This document shows positions 1 through 9,299 of a DNA stretch of 64,000 nucleotides, one piece after another. The position numbers and the translations under genes were made by a program. The notes under the pieces were generated by a model. The model did not search any database. It was not told the DNA's origin and saw nothing but the letters and a program-made list of their open reading frames with translations. Source of the stretch: Desulfomonilia bacterium (GTDB lineage Bacteria; Desulfobacterota; Desulfomonilia; UBA1062); contig JBEKDT010000015.1 of the NCBI GenBank assembly GCA_050014195.1, positions 64,953-128,952 on the forward strand, written 5' to 3'. Positions within the stretch are counted from its first letter, which is position 1, and each line of letters begins with the position of its first letter.

Positions 1-2
1 GG

Positions 3-2801
3 GACAACAACCGCTTCATTGCCGTGTGCCAGCTCAAGGTGCGCATCCTGGGCACAGAATACCACATCATCCCGGACATTGTGCTGTTCCTCAATGGCCT
101 GCCCGTGGTGGTGATCGAGTGCAAGTCGCCCAAGGTCAAGGACGCCATCCCAGAGGCCATCGACCAGATGCTCCGGTACAGCGAGCAGCGAGGCGCCAAG
201 GGCGAAGGCAGCGCGCCGCTGTTCTATTACAACCAGATTATGATCGCCACCTGTCGCAATGAGGCCAAGTTCGGCACCATCACGACATACACCGAGAAAT
301 ATTTCTACCGTTGGGCCGATCCGTACCCACGCACCGTGGACAAACTGGATCACCACGGCAGCGGCCCCAACGACCAGCAGCGCCTGGTGGCAGGGATGCT
401 CGACCGCGACAACCTGCTGGATCTCATCCGCACCTTCACGCTGTTCTCCACCAATGACAAGGGAGAGACCATCAAGATTGTTGGCCGCTACCAGCAGTTC
501 CGCGCGGTCAAGCTGGCAGTGAAGCGATTGCTTGAAGGCAAGAACCCCCGCGAGCGCAGCGGCATCATCTGGCATACCCAGGGATCGGGCAAATCGCTGA
601 CCATGATGTTCATGGTGCGCGAGATGTATCGACACGCCCGGCTCTCCAACTGGAAGGTGGTCTTTGTGACCGACCGCACCCAGCTGGAAGGCCAGCTTTC
701 CGAGACCAGCCATAGCATCGGATTTACGGTCAAGGTGGCTGATAGCATCAGAACGTTGAAAGAGCTGCTGAGGTCGGACTCATCGGATCTGGCCATGGCC
801 ATGATCCACAAGTTCCGGGAAGCCGATCTGACCGAGACCTTCCCGGAGCTGAATGCCAGCCCGCATATCCTGGTGATGACCGACGAGGCGCACCGATCCT
901 AGTACGCCATGCTCGGAGCCAACCTGGACAAGGGCATCCCCAATGCCGCCCGCATCGGCTACACCGGCACACCCATCGACAAGACCGAGCGGGTCTTCGG
1001 CGACTATATCGACAAATACACCATGCGCCAGTCCATCGATGACGGCGTGACCCTGGAGATCGTGTACGAAGGCCGCACCCATAAAGCCGAGGTGGCCGAC
1101 CCAAAAGGCATGGACACGGCCTTTGCGGATGTGTTCAGCGATTACAACCTTCAGCAGCGACTCCAGATTCTTGGTTATGGCTCTCGTGAAGCATACCTGG
1201 AGGCCGAACCGACCATCGAGGCTAAGGCCAAAGACATGGTGACTCACTACCTGGACCATGTATTTCCCAATGGCTACAAGGCACAGGTGGTAGCTACGTC
1301 CCGAGAGGCTGCGGTGCGCTACAAGAAGCACATCGACGATGCACTGGCTGCTGCCCTTACCGAACTGGAGAAGGCAAACCCTAGGAAGCTCGACCTTGTT
1401 CGATTGAAGATGCTGACCACGGATGTCATCATCTCAGGCAGTCACAATGACCTGCCGCACCTGAAAATGTATTCGGACAGCTCCAGGCACGAGGCAAGTA
1501 TCAAGAGCTTTAAATTGTCCTTTGACAGCGAAGATGAAGGTATCAAAGGCAACATGGGGATCTTGATCGTAAACAACATGCTCATTACCGGCTTCGATGC
1601 CCCGGTGGAACAGGTCATGTATCTCGACAAGGTTATTGTGGCCCATAACCTCCTCCAGGCCATTGCCCGCGTGAACCGCGTGGGCGGCGAGTCCAAGGAC
1701 AAGGGATTCGTGGTCGATTATGTGGGGGTCGGCCACCACCTGAAAGAAGCCATTGACAGCTATGATGAGCGTGAGCAAAAGGAAGTGATCGATTGCCTGA
1801 GCTTCCCCGAGGAAGAACTGCGGGAACTGGGTGCCAGCCATACGGCCATTATGGAACTGCTCAAGAAGAACGGCCTTACGGACCTGACTGATCACGATGC
1901 CTTCTTCGACCTGTTCTATGACGAAGACCTGCGCTTTGACTACATTCTGGCGTTCAAGCACTTCACGAAGTGCCTGAACCTGGTCTTTCCTGCGAAGGAA
2001 GCGCTTACTTTCATGGCCGACTACCAGGCCTTGAACGAGATCAATGTGATGGCAGCCAAGCACTTGTATGACGAACGTTTGAGCATGAAAGGCATACCTC
2101 CGAAGCTGCGCGGCATCACCGATGCCTATCTCACGTCAAAAGGGATTGAGGTTAAGGTTGAGCCCATCTCTATCCTGGATGCGGACTTTCAGAAACAGGT
2201 CGATAAGCGCAGCCGAACCAAGACCAAGGCAGCAGAGGTGGAGCACGCCATCCGCCACCACCTCGATGTGGAGCTGGACGACGACCCGGACCTGCAGGCC
2301 TCTTTTGCCGAGGCCCTTGCAGCGATCCTTGAAGAGTTCCGCAACAACTGGCAGAAGATCTATGAAGAGCTTGAGAAACTGCGAACGCGCATCATCAATG
2401 CCAGCAAGGAGCCGACCTATGGGCTGCACCGCAAGAAACAGATGCCTTTTTTCCGCATGTTCAAGCGGGAAATCTTCGGGGAGGGCACGGTTGATCTGCC
2501 GGACGAATCGCTGAAAGCCGCAGAACCCCATGTACCCTATGGCATGAGCGAGGAAGACAAGATAAGCCACTTGGTCGACCTGACGCAGAAGGCCTTTTTG
2601 GTTGTTGAGCGGGAACTGAAGCTCACCGGATTCTGGGAAAGCATCCCTGCTCGGAATAAACTGAAAGCAGATCTTCAGAAGATACTGCTGGCTGAAGAAT
2701 TCAAGAAACTCCCTGGCCTGGTGAAGAACCGTGCCCACATCATCTCCCGCATCATGGAAATCGCCGAGAAGAACAACGACATCATCCTCTACGCCGAGTG
2801 A
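3..2801 (+). pseudogene. hsdR: Type I restriction enzyme R subunit (HsdR), 5' end outside window, interrupted by in-frame TAG at 900-902
   Basis: ORFs 24-902 and 909-2801 share a frame. Motifs: PD..IECK nuclease, HTQGSGKS Walker A, DEAHRS*Y (normally DEAHRSQY), YTGTP, LLQAIARVNR. Confidence 0.9.
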
Positions 2802-3490
2802 TCATGATGGACCTGACCTACACTATTCAAAGATCAGCCAAGAGGCGCAAGCTGACCATCACGGTGGAACGCGACCGCAGCGTGGTGGTACATGCACCGG
2901 TTGGTATATCTGACGAGAAGATCCAGCAGGTGGTGGAGTCAAAACATCAATGGATCTACGAAAAGACCGGCCATTCTCAGAAATACCGGGTTCTGCCCCA
3001 TCCTCCCGGCAAGGAACTGGTCAGCGGTGAATCGACGCTCTATCTGGGGAGACAATACCGCATCGAGCTTGTAAAAAAAGGGTTGGATAGGGTTAAGTTC
3101 GTCCAGCGATTCTTCATTCCTGCAGCACAGGGAGAAAGACATCATGAGTTCTTGCGGGAATGGTATATCAACAGGGCCAAAGAAAAGATCATCCCACGGG
3201 TGAAGGTTCACGCCAGGGAACTCGGCGTTGATGTCGCCAGGGTAAAGATCGTTAATAACCGTTACCGCTGGGGTTCATGCACCCTGAATGACAATGTAAA
3301 TCTTAACTGGCGCTTGATCAAGGCACCCATGTTTGTCATCGACTATGTCATCATCCACGAACTCGCTCACCTTATAGAGCCGAACCACACGCCCCGGTTC
3401 TGGAATATCGTCCGCGCACAAGCCCCGACTATGGATAAGGCCAAGGCCTGGTTGAAGGAGCATGGGCAAGTGCTGGAACAATCGATATGA
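2798..3490 (+). CDS. M48/YgjP-like (DUF45) zinc metallopeptidase, common downstream partner of type I RM
   Basis: RWGSC, IDYVIIHELAHL and NHTPRFW motifs; GTGA overlap with hsdR stop. Confidence 0.85.
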   Translation: MIMMDLTYTIQRSAKRRKLTITVERDRSVVVHAPVGISDEKIQQVVESKHQWIYEKTGHSQKYRVLPHPPGKELVSGESTLYLGRQYRIELVKKGLDRVKFVQRFFIPAAQGERHHEFLREWYINRAKEKIIPRVKVHARELGVDVARVKIVNNRYRWGSCTLNDNVNLNWRLIKAPMFVIDYVIIHELAHLIEPNHTPRFWNIVRAQAPTMDKAKAWLKEHGQVLEQSI

Positions 3491-3587
3491 CAGGGGCAGA
3501 AACTGGGGGTCATCCATTTTCTCAATACCAAGACCTGACAATATTGTAGCTTGATTGAGAAATGGAACAAAACCTTTTGCCTGTCAT

Positions 3588-3821
3588 TTATTCGGCTTCA
3601 ATAATAACGCCACATTGCTCACATTGATAGCGGGTCTTTTCCTGATCGATTGCCGGGACTTCCTCGAAGTCATATTGCTTCTTGCCGTGCACCTCAAAAC
3701 ATTCCGGGCAATACCCTTCTGACAGCTCATCGGCGGTAATGGTCAGATGGCAGTGCAGGCAGCGCAGTCTGCTTTTCTGCTGTGGCAGGAGGACCAGGTG
3801 GAGATGTCTGCATGATGTCAT
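3588..3821 (-). CDS. Small multi-CxxC zinc-ribbon hypothetical protein
   Basis: CLHC, CPEC and CEQC motifs in 77 aa. Confidence 0.55.
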   Translation of the reverse strand: MTSCRHLHLVLLPQQKSRLRCLHCHLTITADELSEGYCPECFEVHGKKQYDFEEVPAIDQEKTRYQCEQCGVIIEAE

Positions 3822-3907
3822 ACGACAAGCCTTTAAAGAATTTATTGCAGTGAATCAAGTGCTCATTTAGGAGTGAACAGAAAGCATGTGCCACCCATTA
3901 AAAGGTT

Positions 3908-4147
3908 CTGAAGAAGAGATGGGGGTCAGGTCCCAACAATCAACATTCTTCTTGAAGCCATCACCAAATCATGTTTCATATGGCCCGGTCTCTTTGCGCT
4001 CGGGATAGGTGGAGCAGCCGTAAAGTTTGTTGACGGGTGTCGGGCCTTTCTTTGCAGTGGACAGTATCGTCGCGCTGCCGCTCCAGGGGCACGGCAGTGG
4101 TGCTGGGTTATCACGGACAGGTGTTTGAAAGGCTGCGGGTTTGTTTC
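3908..4147. repeat. Copy 1 of a ~240-bp imperfect direct repeat (duplicated 3' end of the mrr-like gene plus downstream DNA)
   Basis: Aligns with 5689-5928 (ctgaa.aagagatgggggtcaggtcccaacaatcaa...gaaaggctgc.ggtttgttt) with scattered substitutions. Confidence 0.9.
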
Positions 4148-4295
4148 TAGCCCATCAGGGGGTCACTATAGCAGTGCACATGTTATTTAAGCATTGTTGA
4201 ACAAGATTGCTCAGAAGTGCTCTTATTCAATTATTCTTGAATAACCATGTGCATGGTACTATACTGTTCAACAATCCTTGAATAAGGGGGCTGGA

Positions 4296-5444
4296 ATGAA
4301 GATGAACAGGAGTGGAGTGTATATCCAGCAATCGTCAGGATACAAGGCATTCATACCCAAGCCTCTGCCCCCGGACCCACCCATCCAGTTCAGCGGGAAT
4401 ATGCCAAAGCTGCTTTCCCAGGCGGACAGAGCCTTAGCTCGGCTGGACAGCCTTGGTGACATATTGCCCAATGTGGATCTCTTCATTGCCATGTTTGTGA
4501 GGAAAGAGGCAGTGCTCAGCTCGCAGATCGAAGGCACACAGGCCTCCCTTGAGGACCTATTCCAGTACGAGAGTGGACAGTCACCCGAGAAGGTCAATGA
4601 TGTGGATGAGGTGGTGAACTACATCAAGGCCCTCAATTATGGCATGGAGCGCTTGGACAGCCTGCCCATGAGCAACCGCCTCATCAGGGAGATCCATGAG
4701 GTGCTGCTCAAGGGGGTGCGTGGCGCAAGGAAGACCCCAGGGAAATTCAAGAGAACCCAGAATTGGATCGGCTCTCCGGGATCTACCCTGGCTGATGCAA
4801 GCTTTGTCCCTCCACCTCCTCATGAGGCAACCAAGGCCATGGGTGAACTGGAGAAATATCTCCACCTCGACAGCGACTTCCCAGCCCTCATCAACTGCGC
4901 CCTCATCCACTATCAGTTTGAGACCATCCACCCGTTCCTCGACGGTAACGGCAGGATTGGCCGCCTGCTCATAACCTTCTACCTTTACTGGAAAGACATC
5001 CTGCACAAGCCGTTGCTCTATCTGAGTTACTTCTTCAAGAAGAACAGGCAGGAATACTATGACCGCCTCACCATGGTGAGGAACTCTGGCAATTATGAGC
5101 AGTGGCTGGATTTCTTCCTCAGGGGAGTCACCGAGGTGTCGGATTTGGCCATAGAGACTGCGAAGAAGATCCTTGAACTACAGACAAACCACCGGAACCT
5201 GCTCTGGCAGGAGAAGATGTCGTCACCGCTGGCTGTGGGGCTCCTGGAGAAGCTCTTCTATACCCCATACATGTCCGTGATGAATGTGGCCGAGGCATTT
5301 TCCATCTCCTATCAGACGGCATCGCTCCTCGTGACTCAGTTCGAGAAAAACGGCATCCTCAAGGAGATCACGGGCAAGAAGCGGGATAAACGGTATGTGT
5401 ACAAGCAGTACATCGACATCCTCTCGGAAGGGACAAGACCGTGA
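4296..5444 (+). CDS. fic: Fic family protein (Fic_N + Fic + C-terminal wHTH)
   Basis: SSQIEG inhibitory motif and HPFLDGNGRIGR catalytic motif; ATG at 4296 chosen over TTG 4278. Confidence 0.9.
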   Translation: MKMNRSGVYIQQSSGYKAFIPKPLPPDPPIQFSGNMPKLLSQADRALARLDSLGDILPNVDLFIAMFVRKEAVLSSQIEGTQASLEDLFQYESGQSPEKVNDVDEVVNYIKALNYGMERLDSLPMSNRLIREIHEVLLKGVRGARKTPGKFKRTQNWIGSPGSTLADASFVPPPPHEATKAMGELEKYLHLDSDFPALINCALIHYQFETIHPFLDGNGRIGRLLITFYLYWKDILHKPLLYLSYFFKKNRQEYYDRLTMVRNSGNYEQWLDFFLRGVTEVSDLAIETAKKILELQTNHRNLLWQEKMSSPLAVGLLEKLFYTPYMSVMNVAEAFSISYQTASLLVTQFEKNGILKEITGKKRDKRYVYKQYIDILSEGTRP

Positions 5445-5690
5445 AGGATGTAGAGATTGCGGCCAGACTTAAAAATCTTTTCTCTTCTCCCCGGATTGTG
5501 TTCTAGTATGACGAAGGTTCTGAATTCAGCGACACAGTGCGAACCTGAACTTGGAGGGTATTCAAATCCTGCGGCTCGATGAAACCGACCCATTCGCCGT
5601 CAAGGTTATGATCGAGTATGATAACCCCGATGGTAAGTACCTCATCTATGGCCCCTTTGCCGAGCCTCTGGAGAAGGATGACTGGCTGCT
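5441..5690 (+). pseudogene. pglZ: 5' remnant of BREX PglZ (type A-like)
   Basis: GTG overlapping fic stop gives MKDVEIAARLKNLFSSPRIVF*YDEGSEFSDTVR; after a 1-nt frameshift LNLEGIQILRLDE...DNPDGKYLIYGPFAEPLEKDDWLL, resembling the PglZ N-terminus (RIVFWYD...YLLY..P...DWLLD). Confidence 0.7.
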
Positions 5691-5928
5691 GAAAAAGAGA
5701 TGGGGGTCAGGTCCCAACAATCAATATACTTCTTGAAGCCATCACCAAATCATGTTTCAAACGGCCCGGTCTCCTTGCGCTCGGGATAGGTGGAGCAGCC
5801 GTAAAGTTTGTTGACGGGTGTCGAGCCTTTCTTTGCAGTGTGCAGTATCGTCGCGCTGCCGCTCCAGGGGCACGGCAGTGGTGCAGGGTTATCGCGGACA
5901 GGTGTCTGAAAGGCTGCTGGTTTGTTTT
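5689..5928. repeat. Copy 2 of the ~240-bp direct repeat
   Basis: Matches 3908-4147. Confidence 0.9.
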
Positions 5929-6613
5929 TTGGTAATGGGACGAGATCGGCCTTGCTCCGGCCGATCATTGCAAAGAGCTGTTTGCCGTTGACGAGCTTGA
6001 TGGGGTTGCCTTTGGAAAAATCGATCGCCTCCTGGGTAAAGATGCCTGAGGTAATAACGATTCCTCCCGAGGCCTTCTCGTCGTAAACGACTCCGAGCAG
6101 TTCGTGGACAATGACGACGTCCACGCTCTCCATCTTCCAGTGCTTGCACTGGACAAAGATGGTCTCGCCGTTCTTTTTCAGGACAAGGTCCACTCCCTTG
6201 TATGCCCCGCCGCCTCCGGTCTCAATGACGGTGTAGCCTCTTCTTCTGTATGCATCGCCCACGATCCGCTCGAAATCCCGCCAGCTCAGTGCCCGGAGTG
6301 TTTCCCAATTCTTCCGGCTCTTGAAAAGAACGATCCTCTTTTTGCGGATGAAAACTGAATTCAAGAAAAAGAGGCCTGCCGTTACGAGAAAAAAGAACAA
6401 GGCCGAGTTGGCAAATGTCGGGCCTGATTGCGCCAGGCTTCTCAAAAAGATATCATGAGGAATGCCGTTGGGACTTGGTGCTGCATGGTAATTACCCCAC
6501 ATTGCCGGGAATGCATACTTCAATAATCCATAGCTGAGGACTGCAAGAATAACGCTGACCCACCATAATGCCTCAATCAGGTCATCAGCAAGTGAGGTGA
6601 TTTTTCTTGCCAT
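5750..6613 (-). CDS. Membrane-anchored Mrr-like restriction endonuclease with degenerate C-terminal topoisomerase-type Zn ribbon
   Basis: Two N-terminal hydrophobic helices; LSWRDFE..GVDLVL..VQCKHW..GIVITSGIFTQEA Mrr_cat pattern; CPWSG/YGCSTYP tail. Confidence 0.8.
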   Translation of the reverse strand: MARKITSLADDLIEALWWVSVILAVLSYGLLKYAFPAMWGNYHAAPSPNGIPHDIFLRSLAQSGPTFANSALFFFLVTAGLFFLNSVFIRKKRIVLFKSRKNWETLRALSWRDFERIVGDAYRRRGYTVIETGGGGAYKGVDLVLKKNGETIFVQCKHWKMESVDVVIVHELLGVVYDEKASGGIVITSGIFTQEAIDFSKGNPIKLVNGKQLFAMIGRSKADLVPLPKNKPAAFQTPVRDNPAPLPCPWSGSATILHTAKKGSTPVNKLYGCSTYPERKETGPFET

Positions 6614-6881
6614 GATCTAATCCTTTCCCGGTAGTATGCTTGATTATAGCTTTATCTAAATTTCACCAGATATGTATTAATAACTTCGGATCAGGGAAAA
6701 ACCAGTCAGACCAAGAAAAAATGAGACGGATTTATCGTATCATCGCTGTCCTCAAGCACGCCGGTGGGAATTTCACAGCAGCTCATCATGGAGGAGGTCT
6801 TGTCAAAGGGCCGGAAGGGTTCCATGCCTGCGCCCGGGTAATCGCGCCTGGTTGTGTGGTTTACCTTGAATCAGCTGGTTT

Positions 6882-7052
6882 TTAGTTATTGCCGCACCGC
6901 GCCTGCATGGCAGCGATGTCTTCAGGGGCAAGCCCTTTGCAATCGGAATTAATCCTGTAATACATGATGGAACCCGGGTTTTTGCTGTGCTCGAGACCCT
7001 GGGCATGGCCGAACTCATGGGCCAGCGTACGCACAAGCATGTTGTGGCCGCT
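6882..7052 (-). pseudogene. 3' (catalytic) part of a matrixin/M10 metzincin metalloprotease gene, separated from its 5' part by the integrated element
   Basis: Manual translation: SGHNMLVRTLAHEFGHAQGLEHSKNPGSIMYY...RCGNN*; HExxHxxGxxH plus SIM Met-turn. Not in the ORF track. Confidence 0.9.
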
Positions 7053-7088
7053 TAAATGTTAAATCTTCTTATATACTCCCTTTTATAG
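7051..7088. repeat. Left attachment junction (core CT + element arm TAAATGTTAAATCTTCTT)
   Basis: Arm 7053-7070 matches the reverse complement of 20637-20654 at 15/18 positions; a tcccttt block recurs further in. Confidence 0.85.
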
Positions 7089-7246
7089 TCACTGGCAAAA
7101 TCTCTGCATCCCATAGATCATCAATATCGTAATAGTATCATAAACTTGGAACCCACTTTGACAAATTGATGTAAAATATATTTTAAGCTTTGGTGTAATG
7201 AAATTTATTTTATAATGAAGATAAAAAATATTTTGGAGGAACATCA

Positions 7247-7480
7247 ATGAATACCAAAGCCATACATCTATCTCACATAAATGTGAATTCCTGGCAGCGT
7301 TTCAAATCGTGCGCAGCTATAAAAAATATGGCTATTAACGATCTAGCGAACGTGATGATTGAGGAATTCGTGGATGATTTCGAGGAAAAACTCTTTCGAG
7401 AAGCCTATCACAAGAAGCTTGCCGACCCCACTACCGATCTCAGTAAACCTATAACAGTCAAACTCACGAGGACGAAGTAA
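7247..7480 (+). CDS. Putative ribbon-helix-helix DNA-binding protein
   Basis: GGAGGA RBS; short beta-like KAIHLSHI followed by amphipathic helices WQRFKSCAAIKNMAINDLANVMIEEFV. Confidence 0.55.
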   Translation: MNTKAIHLSHINVNSWQRFKSCAAIKNMAINDLANVMIEEFVDDFEEKLFREAYHKKLADPTTDLSKPITVKLTRTK

Positions 7481-7481
7481 T

Positions 7482-7700
7482 ATGAAAAACATCAGCGAGT
7501 GTGAGAGTTTCGAGGAATGGGCAATGTCGTTCAGTGATGATGAATTCAAGGAATTCGTCGCTGACAAATTTGGTGAACTTTCGATGGATCTGCGGAATAG
7601 AGATTTTAACATTGATCTCGTCTTACCAATCGTCGAATCAATAAAACAGGCTGTTTTTATACGTTATCAGTCGAAAGATCCGACAATCACAAATCATTAA
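7482..7700 (+). CDS. Small acidic hypothetical protein
   Basis: Starts 1 nt after the previous stop. Confidence 0.55.
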   Translation: MKNISECESFEEWAMSFSDDEFKEFVADKFGELSMDLRNRDFNIDLVLPIVESIKQAVFIRYQSKDPTITNH

Positions 7701-7924
7701 AAACACAATGAACATCCCAGGCCTGTATAAACCCCTATGTTTGTCAAATAAACATCACCTGGGACATCTCAGGAAGGAAAGCACTCATTGTAGAAAGGAA
7801 CCGCATTCTTGCGGATTCTATAGAACAGGTGGGATAGGGTCGCTCCCGACAAGAACGGTAAACTCCTTGGACCGTTCTTCCCACTTTTTATCATTCCATG
7901 GAGAACATGCACCGAGGAGGCATA

Positions 7925-8506
7925 ATGGAACGGGTTTCACGACGAATCTATCATAATGACCCTAAATTCAAGCCCAAGACTATCAAAGGTAAGACCAGAT
8001 GGCAGCATGACAATAGCAAATGGCCCCTCAATTTCGGGTGGATGGAGAAGGACAAAAGTATCTGGCGCAGACTCAATAATCCCAAGGATCGGAGTTTCCA
8101 TCACATGATTACAATCCTACAACACTTATGGGAGAAAAGGCTGGATCTGTTCGAGAGTAAATTTATTGCTGAACGTATAAACGCTGGTTTGTACAATACG
8201 CATAAATACGATGATGAGGGAAAGGAACGGAGATGGCCCTTTGTGATGTGTGCTCCACTTGATTATGATTATTTAGAAGCCCGAGACCTGGATCAAAGAA
8301 AGATCAGCTATTGTCTCAATGCACTCGTGAAGTGTGGCTTCTTACGAAGTTTCCGTCGGATAGGTCGCAATGGTCCAGTGAACTATGCAATCGGCTATTA
8401 CATAGTGACATCACACGCTCCTTATGGCCGTGCATATCCTTTTTTGAAGAGTAACCCAGCGTGTCAAAAAGCACTGATTAATTTCAAATTCAGGGAGAAG
8501 ATGTAG
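7925..8506 (+). CDS. Putative winged-helix replication initiator
   Basis: GAGGAGG RBS before ATG 7925; C-terminal QRKISYCLNALVKCGFLRSFRRIG..NYAIG resembles wHTH; iteron-like repeats follow immediately. Confidence 0.45.
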   Translation: MERVSRRIYHNDPKFKPKTIKGKTRWQHDNSKWPLNFGWMEKDKSIWRRLNNPKDRSFHHMITILQHLWEKRLDLFESKFIAERINAGLYNTHKYDDEGKERRWPFVMCAPLDYDYLEARDLDQRKISYCLNALVKCGFLRSFRRIGRNGPVNYAIGYYIVTSHAPYGRAYPFLKSNPACQKALINFKFREKM

Positions 8507-8517
8507 TGATTTTGAAA

Positions 8518-8578
8518 TGTAAAAAGATCTACCCATGGTTTGTAAAAAGATCTAGCCATGGGGCATGGATAGATCTTT
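8518..8578. repeat. Iteron-like repeats (candidate origin or packaging site)
   Basis: TGTAAAAAGATCTA(C/G)CCATGG at 8518-8538 and 8541-8561; inverted partial copy CATGGATAGATCTTT at 8564-8578; AT-rich tract follows. Confidence 0.7.
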
Positions 8579-9299
8579 ATCATATTTGATGGTTGGTTGA
8601 TTAATGTTGAATAACAATATGTTACACGATAAATTGAAAAAATCAATTGTGGCACATATTATACCTATTTTTAGGTATCCCTTATATAGTACCAATAGGT
8701 TCTTCTTCACTTCGTTCAGAAGAACATTGAGCAAACTTCGTTTGCTCTATCTCCCTCTTCTCTTTTTCAATGGAAGGAATGGAAAGACTATCCCATTCAG
8801 ATTGAAAGAGTTTGTTTTTCCCCATTAGGGGAATTTTAGTCGGGAGCCTAAGTTTTGGAGGCTCCATATGAAATTGAAGGTTTCAAAGGTTGCCAGAGTG
8901 TTTCTCAGTATCCATTTGGCAAGTGACCTATTCGGGTCCAGTGCCAGGGGATTTCCCATCTACCAAGAAGCACATGATTCATTGAAGATCAATCCAAGTA
9001 CCCTCGCCACTGTAAGATGGGTGGATGATCGGGAGCTACTTACATCACTCAAATATTGGAGGCGTGATGGGTATGTGTATGGGTTGTTGCTGAACCGATT
9101 GGTTACGGGAGACCTCCCATGTGCTGGGTATGAAGGCAGTCGGGAGCCATATGGTGATTTTTGAGGATTAATCCGGGCTTACCAAGTCTAAAGTCTTAAG
9201 TTATACTTTAGACTTTGGCACAAGAAGGCATAAAAAACGAGGAATAAACTAATCATTTGAAATGTAATAAATAAATACAACGGGTTATGAGGTAATTGA

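Noticed and set aside
900-5496. Amber recoding or pyrrolysine readthrough suggested by two in-frame TAGs (hsdR, pglZ remnant)
   Set aside because: They replace different expected residues (Gln and Trp), the pglZ piece is also frameshifted, and TAG is a normal stop in housekeeping genes here (e.g. rpsI, dfx).
6640-7036. Listed ORFs 6640-6885 (+) and 6803-7036 (-)
   Set aside because: They are shadow frames; the meaningful frame here is the matrixin C-terminus at 6882-7052.
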